Notes: generated from the letters alone by a model not told the origin. 50,706 nt of DNA from Coleofasciculus sp. B1-GNL1-01 (GCA_040220235.1 JAVJTO010000133.1), one strand, 5' to 3'; positions 1-9,980 are shown, counted from the stretch's first letter. Translations and numbers: made by a program.

Positions 1-273
1 GGCTCGATTCCCGCGATAGGTGCCATCGGGATAGCCCGCGATACAACCATACCGTTCCACCAGACTGCGTAGGGCTTCATACGCCCAATCGCCAGGGGAA
101 ACATCTCGTAACTGAGAGACACTGGTGACTTGCTCAAGAGCGTTCGTTTGACTGATGGGGTTGTATCCCTCAATCTGTGCCAAAGCATTTGGGGCTGCAC
201 AGACTGCCCAAGTACTACCCAACACCACTGGGTTAACGATTAAAGTATTCCACCATGTTTTTGCCATAGTCAT
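1..273 (-). CDS. Iron-uptake porin (SomA/SomB-type, SLH + OprB family); N-terminal part, runs off the window edge
   Basis: Absent from the ORF track. Manual translation from ATG at 273 gives MTMAKTWWNTLIVNPVVLG...EQVTSVSQLRDVSPGDWAYEALRSLVERYGCIAGYPDGTYRGNRA, the characteristic cyanobacterial porin SLH motif. RBS-like GTGAGGA lies upstream. Confidence 0.93.
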   Translation of the reverse strand, partial: MTMAKTWWNTLIVNPVVLGSTWAVCAAPNALAQIEGYNPISQTNALEQVTSVSQLRDVSPGDWAYEALRSLVERYGCIAGYPDGTYRGNRA

Positions 274-339
274 TCCTCACACCCTATGCAGTTCAAGGTC
301 TTGCCCGATCGCCTATTTGGTTACTCGGTGTCACAATTG

Positions 340-371
340 TGATAATCATTATCATAAGAACGATTATCGTT
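340..371. promoter_or_regulatory. Fur box plus a second adjacent palindrome
   Basis: TGATAATCATTATCA (340-354) is a perfect 7-1-7 Fur consensus. AACGATTATCGTT (359-371) is a related palindrome. Both sit about 70-100 bp upstream of the porin start. Confidence 0.85.
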
Positions 372-397
372 ATTGTAAATCAAGGATCAGATTTTTC

Positions 398-550
398 ATG
401 ACAAATTATTCGGCATCCTTACCCGCGAATATTGACATTGCCATTGTTGGTGCAGATCCCCAGGCTCTAACCTTAGTCACTCATCTGCTGCAAAAGCGTA
501 AGAAAATGCGGGATAGGTTTTGGGTTTTTGACGCCAGTGGCAGATGGATG
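398..550 (+). pseudogene. Truncated FAD/NAD(P)-binding oxidoreductase N-terminus
   Basis: MTNYSASLPANIDIAIVGADPQALTLVTHLLQKRKKMRDRFWVFDASGRWM has a Rossmann beta-alpha start with GAGP changed to GADP. Recognisable similarity stops after about 51 codons. Confidence 0.7.
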
Positions 551-553
551 AAG

Positions 554-628
554 GGGATCTATCCGATCCAGATGATCCACAATCACCACCAGTCCTCTTT
601 TCCCTTGCTGCTTGAGGCTTTTTATCGC
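554..628 (-). pseudogene. Fragment of a P-loop ATPase (Walker B region)
   Basis: The minus strand reads AIKSLKQQGKRGLVVIVDHLDRIDP, resembling the hhhhD-NLDR Walker B segment of cyanobacterial ATP-binding proteins. No intact ORF surrounds it. Confidence 0.5.
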
Positions 629-849
629 AGGTTTTTTTACGATTTACCGAAGAAAGGCAGAAGCCAGAAGGCTCCAAGGGGTAGAAGGAAAAAGTACCCA
701 AGTTGAAAAGGGGTTGACAAAAGCAGTTTGGTATGAATGAAGACGCGATCGCATCTCCCCTAATCCAGCACTAATGTGGGTTGTCCTTTGAAAATTAGAT
801 AGGATAGGAAGTTGGTCTATTGTCAGCGTCTACCCATTAAAAATTGATT

Positions 850-2958
850 ATGACTGATTCGATTCGCTTTCTCATGTGTTCCCCAGACCACTACGATGTG
901 GACTATGTGATTAATCCCTGGATGGAAGGGAATATTCACAAGTCCTCGCGCGATCGCGCCGTCGAACAGTGGCACAAGTTGCACCATGTCCTCAAAGATC
1001 ATGCGATCGTGGATTTGGTTAACCCTCAACAAGGGTGGCCCGATATGGTGTTTACGGCAAATGCAGGGCTGGTTCTCGGTAAAAACGTTGTCCTGAGTCG
1101 GTTCTTGCACAAAGAACGCCAGGGTGAGGAACCCCATTTCAAGGAGTGGTTTGAAGCCCAAGGCTACACTGTCTACGAACTCCCCAAAGAACTGCCCTTT
1201 GAAGGTGCAGGTGATGCCCTCCTGGATCGAGAAGGACGCTGGTTATGGGCGGGCTACGGCTTCCGTTCCGAATTGGATTCTCACCCCTATCTGGCAAAAT
1301 GGCTGGATATTGAAGTTGTCTCCCTGCGACTCACCGATGAGCGCTTCTATCACCTAGATACCTGTTTCTGTCCCCTGACGGGCGGCTATTTACTCTACTA
1401 TCCCCCCGCCTTTGATGCCTACTCCAATCGCTTAATTGAGATGCGAGTCGCACCCGAAAAACGTATCGCCTTGGAAGAAGCCGATGCCGTGAACTTCGCC
1501 TGCAATGCGGTGAATGTTGACCAAGTTGTGGTGATGAACAAAGCGAGCGATCGCCTGAAGCAACGGTTGGCTGAGGCAGGGTTTAGAGTCCTTGAAACCC
1601 CCCTGACTGAATTCCTCAAAGCAGGTGGCGCGGCGAAATGCTTGACCCTGCGGGTAACTGAACCGGTTCGTACTGAACTCCATGCTAATGTCCCAGTCGA
1701 AAGTCGCACGATTCGCCTAGAAGGACATTTGTTAGATTCTGGCTTGATTAGTCGGGCGTTAGATCTAATTGTGGAAACTGGCGGTAGCTTCCAAGTTCTC
1801 AACTTCGATTTGGGTGTTCAACGGCAAAGTACCTCCAGCGCTGAGATTCGCGTCTCTGCACCCTCCCATGATGTGATGGAAGAGGTGATGAGCCAACTGA
1901 TTGAGTTGGGCGCTGTCGCTCCCGCCCAAGAGGAGTGTGACGCCAATCTTGAACCCGTGATTCAATCAGGTGTAGCGCCGGATGACTTTTATGTGTCCAC
2001 GATTTATCCCACAGAAGTGCGGATTAAGGGTGAGTGGGTGAAGGTACAAAACCAGCGCATGGATGGGGCAATTGCGATTACCCAGATGGACTCCCAGCCG
2101 ATCGCTCGCTGTAAAATCCTACGGGATCTAGAAGTCGGAGAACAGGTGGTTGTCGGTGTGGAAGGAATTCGCACCGTTCACAAGCCAAAAACCCGTGAAC
2201 AGCGTAGCAGTGAAGAATTTAGCTTCATGGGTGCTGGCGTTTCTAGTGAACGCCGGGTGGAATTAATTGTTGAGCAAATTGCCTGGGAATTGCGCCAAAT
2301 TCGCGATCAAGGGGGTAAAGTCATAGTTACTGCTGGTCCGGTGGTGATTCACACGGGTGGTTCTCAACATTTATCTCGTCTGATTCGCGAAGGATATGTG
2401 CAGGCGTTGTTGGGCGGTAATGCGATCGCGGTTCATGATATTGAGCAATCCCTGATGGGAACCTCTCTGGGCGTGGATATGAAACGAGGTGTCCCGGTAC
2501 GGGGTGGACATCGCCACCATCTCAAGGTGATTAATACTATCCGTCGTTATGGCAGCATTGCTGGTGCTGTGGAGAAAGGGGTATTGACAAAAGGGATTAT
2601 GTATGAATGCGTTAAGCACAATGTTCCCTTTTCCCTCGCGGGTTCCATTCGCGATGATGGACCTCTACCAGATACGCAGATGGATTTAATTAAAGCCCAA
2701 GCCGACTATGCCAAGCTGCTGGAAGGGGCGGATATGATTTTAATGCTGTCCACGATGCTGCACTCCATTGGGGTAGGAAATATGACGCCATCTGGGGTGA
2801 AAATGGTGTGTGTGGACATCAATCCCGCCGTTGTTACCAAGTTAAGCGATCGCGGTTCCTTGGAATCCGTGGGTGTAGTTACTGATGTGGGCTTATTCCT
2901 AAGTTTGTTAGTACAGCAGTTGGATAAATTAACCAGCCCTTATCAACAATCAGCGTAA
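850..2958 (+). CDS. argZ: Bifunctional arginine dihydrolase/ornithine cyclodeaminase ArgZ (AgrE)
   Basis: N-terminal amidinotransferase domain (INPWM, PDMVFTAN, FEGAGD, FYHLDT, GGAAKCLTL) fused to LOR/SDH and TIGR00300-type regions (GHLLDSG, FSFMGAGVSSER, GSIRDDGPLPDT). Start taken at ATG 850. Confidence 0.92.
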   Translation: MTDSIRFLMCSPDHYDVDYVINPWMEGNIHKSSRDRAVEQWHKLHHVLKDHAIVDLVNPQQGWPDMVFTANAGLVLGKNVVLSRFLHKERQGEEPHFKEWFEAQGYTVYELPKELPFEGAGDALLDREGRWLWAGYGFRSELDSHPYLAKWLDIEVVSLRLTDERFYHLDTCFCPLTGGYLLYYPPAFDAYSNRLIEMRVAPEKRIALEEADAVNFACNAVNVDQVVVMNKASDRLKQRLAEAGFRVLETPLTEFLKAGGAAKCLTLRVTEPVRTELHANVPVESRTIRLEGHLLDSGLISRALDLIVETGGSFQVLNFDLGVQRQSTSSAEIRVSAPSHDVMEEVMSQLIELGAVAPAQEECDANLEPVIQSGVAPDDFYVSTIYPTEVRIKGEWVKVQNQRMDGAIAITQMDSQPIARCKILRDLEVGEQVVVGVEGIRTVHKPKTREQRSSEEFSFMGAGVSSERRVELIVEQIAWELRQIRDQGGKVIVTAGPVVIHTGGSQHLSRLIREGYVQALLGGNAIAVHDIEQSLMGTSLGVDMKRGVPVRGGHRHHLKVINTIRRYGSIAGAVEKGVLTKGIMYECVKHNVPFSLAGSIRDDGPLPDTQMDLIKAQADYAKLLEGADMILMLSTMLHSIGVGNMTPSGVKMVCVDINPAVVTKLSDRGSLESVGVVTDVGLFLSLLVQQLDKLTSPYQQSA

Positions 2959-2966
2959 TCGATTGG

Positions 2967-3014
2967 GCGGTTGAAACCGCAGCTACACAAACGAAACCCG
3001 CCTGCGCGGGTTTC
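2967..3014. repeat. Double-hairpin dispersed repeat, possible terminator after argZ
   Basis: GCGGTT-GA-AACCGC and GAAACCCGC-CTGC-GCGGGTTTC inverted repeats. Confidence 0.6.
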
Positions 3015-3039
3015 CACAGCCCTAGAGAACTGATGAAGA

Positions 3040-3774
3040 ATGAAAACGATACCCGAACTTCCCAAAACTCTACCCGATCACACCCAACTCCCAGAATCCG
3101 ATGGTACGTTTGTGAAAAACTTTCAGGAACATCCTCAAAGTATTCTATTAACCGAATCCATTGAGCCGATTCTCCAACAACTACACCCCGATGGATACTA
3201 TGCGATCGGTCAAGACAGTGGTATCTACTGGCGCTTAACTGACCCGCCAGAGCGCGGAGCCGAAGCCCCTGACTGGTTTTATGTTGCCAATGTGCCACCC
3301 ACCCTGGATGGTCAAATGCGGCGCTCCTACGTCCTGTGGCAGGAAATCGTTTCCCCCCTCATTGCCTTAGAATTCGTCTCTGGAAATGGCTCCGAAGAAC
3401 GAGATTCCACGCCTTATCAAGGCAAGTTCTGGGTTTACGAACAAGCGATTCGTATTCCTTTCTACGGCATCTACGAAGTAGAGCAAGCCAGCATAGAAGT
3501 TTATCATCTGGTAGAAGGACGCTACAGGTTGTTACCTGCTAATGATCGCGGACACTACCTGATTGAACCACTCGGAGTAGAGTTAGGAATTTGGCAGGGA
3601 CGCTACAAGAACGTAGAACTGCCCTGGTTGCGGTGGTGGGATAGTCAGGGGAATTTGCTGTTGACAGGGGAAGAACGAGCCGAACAGGAACGCCAGCGAG
3701 CTGAACGAGCCGAGGGAGAGAATGCTCGTTTGCGGGAACAGCTCAGGGCTTTGGGGATAGAGCCGGAAACATGA
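3040..3774 (+). CDS. Uma2 family (DUF820) PD-(D/E)XK endonuclease-like protein
   Basis: LPDHTQLPESDG, APDWFYV, LEFVS, KFWVYEQ, WLRWWD and a coiled-coil ERAEQE tail. Confidence 0.9.
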   Translation: MKTIPELPKTLPDHTQLPESDGTFVKNFQEHPQSILLTESIEPILQQLHPDGYYAIGQDSGIYWRLTDPPERGAEAPDWFYVANVPPTLDGQMRRSYVLWQEIVSPLIALEFVSGNGSEERDSTPYQGKFWVYEQAIRIPFYGIYEVEQASIEVYHLVEGRYRLLPANDRGHYLIEPLGVELGIWQGRYKNVELPWLRWWDSQGNLLLTGEERAEQERQRAERAEGENARLREQLRALGIEPET

Positions 3775-3816
3775 TCATGGGATCTGTGACATCTAGATGA
3801 TTGCTTGTTCTCAAAA

Positions 3817-4398
3817 TCAAACGCTATTGAGAAAATAGCTTTCTGGAAACTTTTCTGTAATCATCATTACAGGTTTACCATTGGTAAATACGCGATAAGT
3901 ACGGGAAAGTAGCTTGTCACTCGCCTCAATATCAAAATACTCCGCTAAACCCTGAGCCGATTCTTTAGCAGAATCCAAAATTTCTTTGAAAGTTTCCACC
4001 TTTTGCTCTAACCAAATCTTACCAATTGGGGTTTTGGTTTTAAACAATTCATGTCTAAAATGATCATCCAGGCGTTCGGGAACCAGGATGGATTCCGCGT
4101 AAATAAAGTTTTTGCGACTAATGCGTCCTTGCAGTAAAATGCGTCTATCAATCACGTCCGTCCCCTCCGCTAATTCCATAATCGGAAGTGATTTGGGAAT
4201 GGGGATAAGATTTTGGGAGAGTTTGACAACCTGGATCTGTTCAAATAAATAGGCTTCCAGAATATCAGTTAACGTGCCATCGGTGGTGAGTAAAATTCGC
4301 TGAAACGTACTCAATGTACCTGGATTAATATGATGGCGCTCTAGAGACTGTTGTAAATCGTCTCGCATGAGGTGTTCGTTCGCTATCAGTCGGTTCAT
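3817..4398 (-). CDS. Chorismate pyruvate-lyase family protein (UbiC/DUF98-like)
   Basis: RILLTTDGTLT, YAES, PIGKI, SRTYRV and MMITEKFP motifs. Confidence 0.8.
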   Translation of the reverse strand: MNRLIANEHLMRDDLQQSLERHHINPGTLSTFQRILLTTDGTLTDILEAYLFEQIQVVKLSQNLIPIPKSLPIMELAEGTDVIDRRILLQGRISRKNFIYAESILVPERLDDHFRHELFKTKTPIGKIWLEQKVETFKEILDSAKESAQGLAEYFDIEASDKLLSRTYRVFTNGKPVMMITEKFPESYFLNSV

Positions 4399-4589
4399 GG
4401 TATCTTAAGTCCTATTTCCCCTATCCACTTGGTTGAGTAAAAAACGCTCAAACCGAGGTAGCGTACACAGTTTGCATTTTCTGAATTCGTGAATTTACAT
4501 TTATTTACAACTAGAAATAATGTAGCACTCTTGCGACGATTTGACCACATAAGCCTAATTACAGCATACTTCTACATTCTATCCAAGCA

Positions 4590-4622
4590 AGATCCCCGAC
4601 TTCTTGAAGAAGTCGGGGATCT
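4590..4622. repeat. Perfect palindrome (dispersed repeat or terminator)
   Basis: AGATCCCCGACTTCTT-G-AAGAAGTCGGGGATCT, followed by a GTAG REP-like hairpin near 4647-4670. Confidence 0.75.
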
Positions 4623-4689
4623 GTGTAGTGGCGTGGCACAGAATTGTAGGAGCGCACCGACGTGCGCCCAATTTGACTCCACCCAATCT

Positions 4690-5550
4690 CTATGCACCAA
4701 CAACCACACCACCGTTCGGATGCAGCACTTGACCCGCCATATAAGACGCATCTTGAGACGCCAAGAAAACGAAACTCGGTGCAACCTCCTTGGGTTGTCC
4801 TGGACGCTTCATCGGAACTTGTTGACCAAAACTTTCGACTTGCTCGCCCGGAAACGCATCTGGAATAAACGGAGTCCAGATGGGACCTGGCGCGACACCA
4901 TTTACCCGGATTCCTTTCTTAATTAAAGGTTGGGAGATGGAACGAGTAAAGGCAAGAATAGCACCTTTTGTTGTGGAATAACTGAGCAAGGACGAGTTAC
5001 CTTTATAGGCATTAATGGATGTCGTATTAATCACAGAACTTCCGGGTTCAAGGTGAGGTAACGCCGCCTTCGTGAAATAGAACATTGAGAAGATATTGGT
5101 CGCAAATGTGCTACCTAATCGGGCTGAGTCAATATCCTCAATGCTCTCCTCTAGATATTGCTCCGCTGCATTGTTGACCAGAATATCTAGCTTACCAAAT
5201 TCATCAATTGTTTTCTGAACCGCTTCCTGGCAGAATTGTTCGTTGCGAATATCGCCAGCAATTAATAAACAACGACGACCATAAGATTCTACAGCTTTTT
5301 TCGTCTCTTGAGCATCTCCATGCTCGTCCAAATAAACAACTGCAACATCGGCTCCTTCTTTGGCATAGAAAACCGCAACAGCGCGACCAATCCCGCTATC
5401 GCCGCCCGTAATTAAGGCGACTTTATCCCGTAACTTATCGCTTCCTTTATAGTTCGGATCATCATATTCCGGCTTGGGTGTCATTTCTGACTCTAAGGCG
5501 GGTTTCCGCTCTTGGGATTGAGGGGGGATTTGATCCGGTGTAATTGTCAT
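4690..5550 (-). CDS. SDR family oxidoreductase (YhdF/YghA general-stress type)
   Basis: TGGDSGIG, NNAA, YSTTK (YxxxK), VAPGPIWTP and an N-terminal PPQSQ...PALESEMTPKP extension. Confidence 0.92.
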   Translation of the reverse strand: MTITPDQIPPQSQERKPALESEMTPKPEYDDPNYKGSDKLRDKVALITGGDSGIGRAVAVFYAKEGADVAVVYLDEHGDAQETKKAVESYGRRCLLIAGDIRNEQFCQEAVQKTIDEFGKLDILVNNAAEQYLEESIEDIDSARLGSTFATNIFSMFYFTKAALPHLEPGSSVINTTSINAYKGNSSLLSYSTTKGAILAFTRSISQPLIKKGIRVNGVAPGPIWTPFIPDAFPGEQVESFGQQVPMKRPGQPKEVAPSFVFLASQDASYMAGQVLHPNGGVVVGA

Positions 5551-5625
5551 GTTATCGCGCTCCTGTTCGTAGTAGGCACTTTAGTGCGTCAAAGAGTAAA
5601 TTTTGTTATTTATTTATGGGTAAAT

Positions 5626-5724
5626 AGGGCGGGTTTTGCTTTTCAATTAGGGGGTGAAATAGGGCGGGTTTTGCTGTTCCGTTATCGGTGAATAGCGGAA
5701 TTTAGTCCCTAAACCCGCCCCTAC
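5626..5724. repeat. REP doublet (AGGGCGGGTTTT-38 nt-AAACCCGCCCCTAC, 5661-5724) plus an orphan arm at 5626
   Basis: Inverted arms recur at 8 other sites in the window. Confidence 0.85.
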
Positions 5725-5749
5725 AATTCAATTGTCCCTAAATTTGCCC

Positions 5750-6778
5750 CTACATTTGGCTTTGCAATTTCTGCTTGGATTCCTTAAATTGAGTTGCCAT
5801 TTGTTCCCGTTGCTCTGACGAAAGATTCTTCCGCAGGGAAGCGAACATCGTGCTTTCTTCTTGACGAGTGTGATCGCCAATCATGTCTTTCACCTGCTTC
5901 AGTTTAGACTTAAACTCGGATGAAGTAGGATCGATATTTTTCATCTCATTCAGAATCGTTTCTAACTGATCCTGCTCATCATAGAGTTCCTGAGTATCAG
6001 CATCGCCATAAAAGGAACGAATTTGAGGGTAGACGGCTTCTTCTTCTGCTTTAGAGTGAACAATTATATCCTTGTAGAGTTGTCCAAAAAACTCCTGGAT
6101 GCGCTGCGGATTATTGGTTCCCTTAATTTCACCAATTAAGGTTTTGACTTTTTGGTGATCCATGAAAATGACATCCATGATATCCATGTCAGACTTATCA
6201 GATGTCTGAGTCACAGCACTACCAATCGCACCCGTCATAGCAGCTACTGCATCTTGAACTCGTCCCCAAACTCCTTGTTCGGGTTCTTCACCTGTTAACT
6301 CTTGGGTGCCTAAATATTCCAACATGCCCTTGAGTCTTTCCTGATGCGCCCGGTTTTCAAAGTTGACCGAATTTAGGGGAGAAAGTGCTTCCTCGACATC
6401 CGCACCAGCGATTTGAGCTGCCTTATGAACCACAAGTCCTGACATGACTTGACCATGTTTTAGTAGTTCATGCTGAGCCATCTTTTCATAAAGACTGAGT
6501 TCAGAGCTTTTCATCATCTGCTCAGCTTGTTCAATCATTTTTTTTACTTTCTCTTTTGGCTCAGATTGAATTCCATACTGAGTAATCGTTGTTTCCAGAA
6601 CGTCTAAGTTGTTCTGGTCATCCTCTAGCATGTCTTCTAAACGACCAAAAATCTCGTTGTTTTTACAGTCGTTGATAAATTGCTGTTCATTCGCAATGAT
6701 TAAATTCTGAATTGCCCGCATATCGGCAAGCTTTTCAGCAATGGCAGAGCGCTTAGCATCAGTAAGGGTAGCAACCAT
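5750..6778 (-). CDS. Hemerythrin (HHE) domain protein with helical N-terminal domain, similar to the Anabaena 'DNA nickase' type
   Basis: C-terminal DH...HSKAEEEAVYP...DHTRQEESTMF hemerythrin pattern. N-terminal MVATL.D.KR.AIA, HELLKH and NFENRAHQE. Confidence 0.82.
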   Translation of the reverse strand: MVATLTDAKRSAIAEKLADMRAIQNLIIANEQQFINDCKNNEIFGRLEDMLEDDQNNLDVLETTITQYGIQSEPKEKVKKMIEQAEQMMKSSELSLYEKMAQHELLKHGQVMSGLVVHKAAQIAGADVEEALSPLNSVNFENRAHQERLKGMLEYLGTQELTGEEPEQGVWGRVQDAVAAMTGAIGSAVTQTSDKSDMDIMDVIFMDHQKVKTLIGEIKGTNNPQRIQEFFGQLYKDIIVHSKAEEEAVYPQIRSFYGDADTQELYDEQDQLETILNEMKNIDPTSSEFKSKLKQVKDMIGDHTRQEESTMFASLRKNLSSEQREQMATQFKESKQKLQSQM

Positions 6779-7225
6779 TTTATTGTGTTCTCCTTTCTAC
6801 AATTCGTTTATTTATTAAGTGAGTATCTTGATGGTGATAATTGACTCGCTATTCAGATATCCATAAGCTCAAAATAGTAAATAGACTTGTTTTTGCCTAA
6901 GTCTACTTTGGCGTTTGCTTAAACGCAGCCTATCTTGCTCAAGGTCTAAGGTTTAGCCTTGCAAGTTCTATCTAAATAGTGTCAATACCTAACCTATCTA
7001 CTCTACTCAAGTTTTAACCAATCGGATCAATTGGCTCATTTCAGATTAGCTCTATTGCCAATAAAGATTAATCTATCTGAGGGTAGACTGATTCCTAATA
7101 CAATGGTTAACTATTTAGCAGAAATTTTTAGGAGGATAACCCGTCGATTCAACTCAAGTACGTCTCTCGGTATAGGTTAAATTACTAGGTGAAAGCTAGG
7201 CGTAAGCGATACGGTAAAACCGGAT

Positions 7226-8176
7226 TTATTGCCGTGAAGTTCTGTTTCGGGAAACCATCCTAGCTTGATGAAGCATCGCCGCAAGTTCAGCACGGGTAGC
7301 TGGTTTATTGGGATTGAGCAAATTTCCTTGAGGATAGCCAGTGACTAAACCCGCTTTTACCGCCGCCGCGACGTTGGCGATCGCATAATCTGGTATTTTG
7401 TTGCTATCGGTGTACTGTTTTAAGGTTTTACTGGGTTCGGCTGGGGGTTTCAGGTTTAGGGCTTTAGCTAAGACAACTAAGGCTTCAGCACGGGTGATCG
7501 GTTGGTTGGGACGAAATTTATCATCAGGATATCCAATGATTATTCCCGCTTTAGCCACCGCCTTAATCGCTTCATCACCCCAGTAATTTGGTGGTAAATC
7601 CTCAAAGGCGATCGCCCGTTGCTTTGGTTTTGGCTCAAATAGCTGCTGTAGCATAGCGGCTAATTCGCCACGAGTGGCAAATCGCTGCGGTTTAAATTCA
7701 CCCTGGGGAAAACCCACCACAATATCCCGTTTCGCCAACGCTGCGATCGCTTCTTTTGCCCAAAAGTCATCGGGAACATCAGAAAATTCTACCGAGGGAG
7801 TCGGTGTCGTCGGAGTTGGAGTTACCGTTGAGGGTGGGGCTTTCTCTGGCGCTGGAAGTGCTGGATCAGCTTGCATTCTCCCTTGCTTCCCTGCACCCCC
7901 ACTCCCCTGCACCTCAGCCTCCCGACGAGGTGTTGTCTCAGCATCCGATAACTCAGGAGTCGTTGGCGTGGGTTTAGTTAGCTTTGGGGATTCCGGTGTT
8001 GAGTCAGGTTGAGGTGAGGGCGGGGAAAACCCCAAGTCTTGCAGAATTTGCTGCTTTTGTTCTTTACCCATCGCCCAATAGAAAATACCGCCAATCGTTG
8101 TCAATGTCACAATAATCGCAATCCACTCATCCAAATCGAGAGGAGATGGGGGTTCTGGCGGAGAGGGAGGGGACAT
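7226..8176 (-). CDS. S-layer homology (SLH) domain protein with N-terminal TM anchor
   Basis: TM segment, Pro-rich linker and three SLH repeats (FSDVPDDFWA, GYPDDKFRPNQPITRAE, LNPNKPATRAE). Confidence 0.9.
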   Translation of the reverse strand: MSPPSPPEPPSPLDLDEWIAIIVTLTTIGGIFYWAMGKEQKQQILQDLGFSPPSPQPDSTPESPKLTKPTPTTPELSDAETTPRREAEVQGSGGAGKQGRMQADPALPAPEKAPPSTVTPTPTTPTPSVEFSDVPDDFWAKEAIAALAKRDIVVGFPQGEFKPQRFATRGELAAMLQQLFEPKPKQRAIAFEDLPPNYWGDEAIKAVAKAGIIIGYPDDKFRPNQPITRAEALVVLAKALNLKPPAEPSKTLKQYTDSNKIPDYAIANVAAAVKAGLVTGYPQGNLLNPNKPATRAELAAMLHQARMVSRNRTSRQ

Positions 8177-8409
8177 AGCGATCGCGTGTAGTGAATCTAT
8201 AAACTTTTACAGGAGATTAGCGATCGCGTCTGGATAATTCAATTGGAAATCCCTGAACGTTTACACCTGAGACAGGTGAATCCTCTCATCAAGCTTATGA
8301 AGCAGCCGTGCGGCATCATTCATGTAAAGCAACTAACGCACTCAAGTCCTGCGATCGTACTCTATCTTTATCTAAAATAGGGCTTACAGATGGAGGGAGA
8401 TGATACCTG

Positions 8410-9177
8410 ATGACAACGGTAACAAGCCAGCCTAAAATTACCTGGGAGAAGCTACCCGATGATTTTCCCTTACCCGATGATCCTGTGGATAATATTGATC
8501 AGCCGACATTAGCCGCCGCACTCAGCGACAGTTTAGAACAAACTGGGCGATTGCAAGAAAATACATTAGTCGCCACGAATTATGGTGTTTGCGCCCGGTT
8601 AGAGGGTAAGTTTGTGGTTAAAGCTCCTGATTGGATGTATGTACCTCGGATTAATGTATCCCAAGAGATTGTCCGCCGCAGTTATACGCCACACCTGCAA
8701 GGGGATATTCCAGGAATTGTCATCGAATTTCTCTCCGATACAGAGGGAAGTGAATATTCGATTAAGCCGACTTATCCTCCGGGGAAATGGTATTTTTATG
8801 AGCAAGTGTTGCGAGTTCCCCAATATGGAATTTTTGAACCTGAACAAGGTGTGCTGGAAATGTATCAGCTCAATGATTCTGGACATTATGTCTTGCAGCC
8901 GCCCCAGGAGAACCGTTATTGGGTAGAAGCACTGGGTTTATCCTTAGGTGTGTGGGCAGGAAGGAAGGGAAACCGTCAGGGGTATTGGTTGCGGTGGTGG
9001 GATGAATCTGGGCAACTGTTACCCTGGGGGATAGAATTGGTTGAGCAAGAGCGACGACGCGCTGAACAAGAACGACAACGCGCTGAACAAGAACGACAAC
9101 AGGCTGAGCAAGAACGACAACGAGTTCAAGCTTTGATCGCCCAGTTACGAGCGGCTGGAATTGAGCCAGAAGCATAA
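8410..9177 (+). CDS. Uma2 family endonuclease-like protein
   Basis: WEKLPDDFPLPDDPVDN, KAPDW, IEFLS, GKWYFYEQ, WLRWWD and 21-bp AEQERQR repeats. Confidence 0.9.
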   Translation: MTTVTSQPKITWEKLPDDFPLPDDPVDNIDQPTLAAALSDSLEQTGRLQENTLVATNYGVCARLEGKFVVKAPDWMYVPRINVSQEIVRRSYTPHLQGDIPGIVIEFLSDTEGSEYSIKPTYPPGKWYFYEQVLRVPQYGIFEPEQGVLEMYQLNDSGHYVLQPPQENRYWVEALGLSLGVWAGRKGNRQGYWLRWWDESGQLLPWGIELVEQERRRAEQERQRAEQERQQAEQERQRVQALIAQLRAAGIEPEA

Positions 9178-9179
9178 GT

Positions 9180-9293
9180 TATACAAAGTTGCGTTCAAAG
9201 ATAGCAGATAGAGTAGATGGGGTGAGAGGGTGAGAGGGTGAGGGGGAGATAGGGAGAAAAAGAAAGTTCTACATTAGACTGCAACTTGGTATT
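9180..9293. mobile_element. MITE-like element with short terminal inverted repeats
   Basis: ATACAAAGTTGC (9181) vs GCAACTTGGTAT (9281), an 11/12 inverted match enclosing purine-rich GGGTGAGA repeats. Confidence 0.5.
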
Positions 9294-9381
9294 AGGAAAG
9301 AGCCATGTTTACCTTTAGATAGGTGCTAGACAATATGTCTCTGTCTTAACCTGATAGTAGTTGTGAATACTGGAACCTGAT

Positions 9382-9750
9382 ATGGAAGATATTTCTGATA
9401 AAACGACTAACCTGGCACAGAAACATGGCAAGCAGCTTGAGGAGCAGGGTAAACGTCTAGAGAAGCTGGGGAAATCTTTCAAAGAGAGAGGAAACCCAGA
9501 ACATGGACAATCCTTAGAAGAGTACAGCCAAACCATACAGCAGGAAGCGAAAGCTTTAATTGAAGACGCTGAAACATCTGAGCAAAAGCAAGGTGAATCT
9601 TCTAATCAAGCGTATGAAGCCGCTGTGAAACATCATGTAAAAGCAACGAATGCACAGACAGACGCGCTCAAGGAGCAAGTAAAATTGAATCAGGATTATC
9701 TGAAGGAATCTCAAAAGATTTCTGAAAAAACACAGAAGTCTCAGCAGTAA
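9382..9750 (+). CDS. Small hydrophilic helical protein (LEA-like composition)
   Basis: 122-aa ORF rich in E/Q/K with no W or C. No family recognised. Confidence 0.65.
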   Translation: MEDISDKTTNLAQKHGKQLEEQGKRLEKLGKSFKERGNPEHGQSLEEYSQTIQQEAKALIEDAETSEQKQGESSNQAYEAAVKHHVKATNAQTDALKEQVKLNQDYLKESQKISEKTQKSQQ

Positions 9751-9980
9751 TGAGCTAGACTAAAACAAGATTGTTGGTTAATTTTAGGTGTGGGAGGTCT
9801 GGTCGCATCTCATTTTAGAGTTTAGCTTTTCAAAGCTTGGCTAATTGGTGAGTTAAGTGAAGTTATGAAAACCGTTCCCTCCCCGCAGTCCAATATTTCC
9901 TCAGCAATCCCTAACTATTCGTGAGAATCTTGGGTTTAAATTATTATCCGGCTCAATCAAATAATACTCACTGTTTGGCT

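Noticed and set aside
155..706. 183-aa ORF as a real gene
   Set aside because: It overlaps the porin on the opposite strand and the Fur box. Only 398-550 is protein-like.
731..744. NtcA site upstream of argZ (GTA-N8-GAC)
   Set aside because: The right half mismatches and there is no properly spaced -10 box
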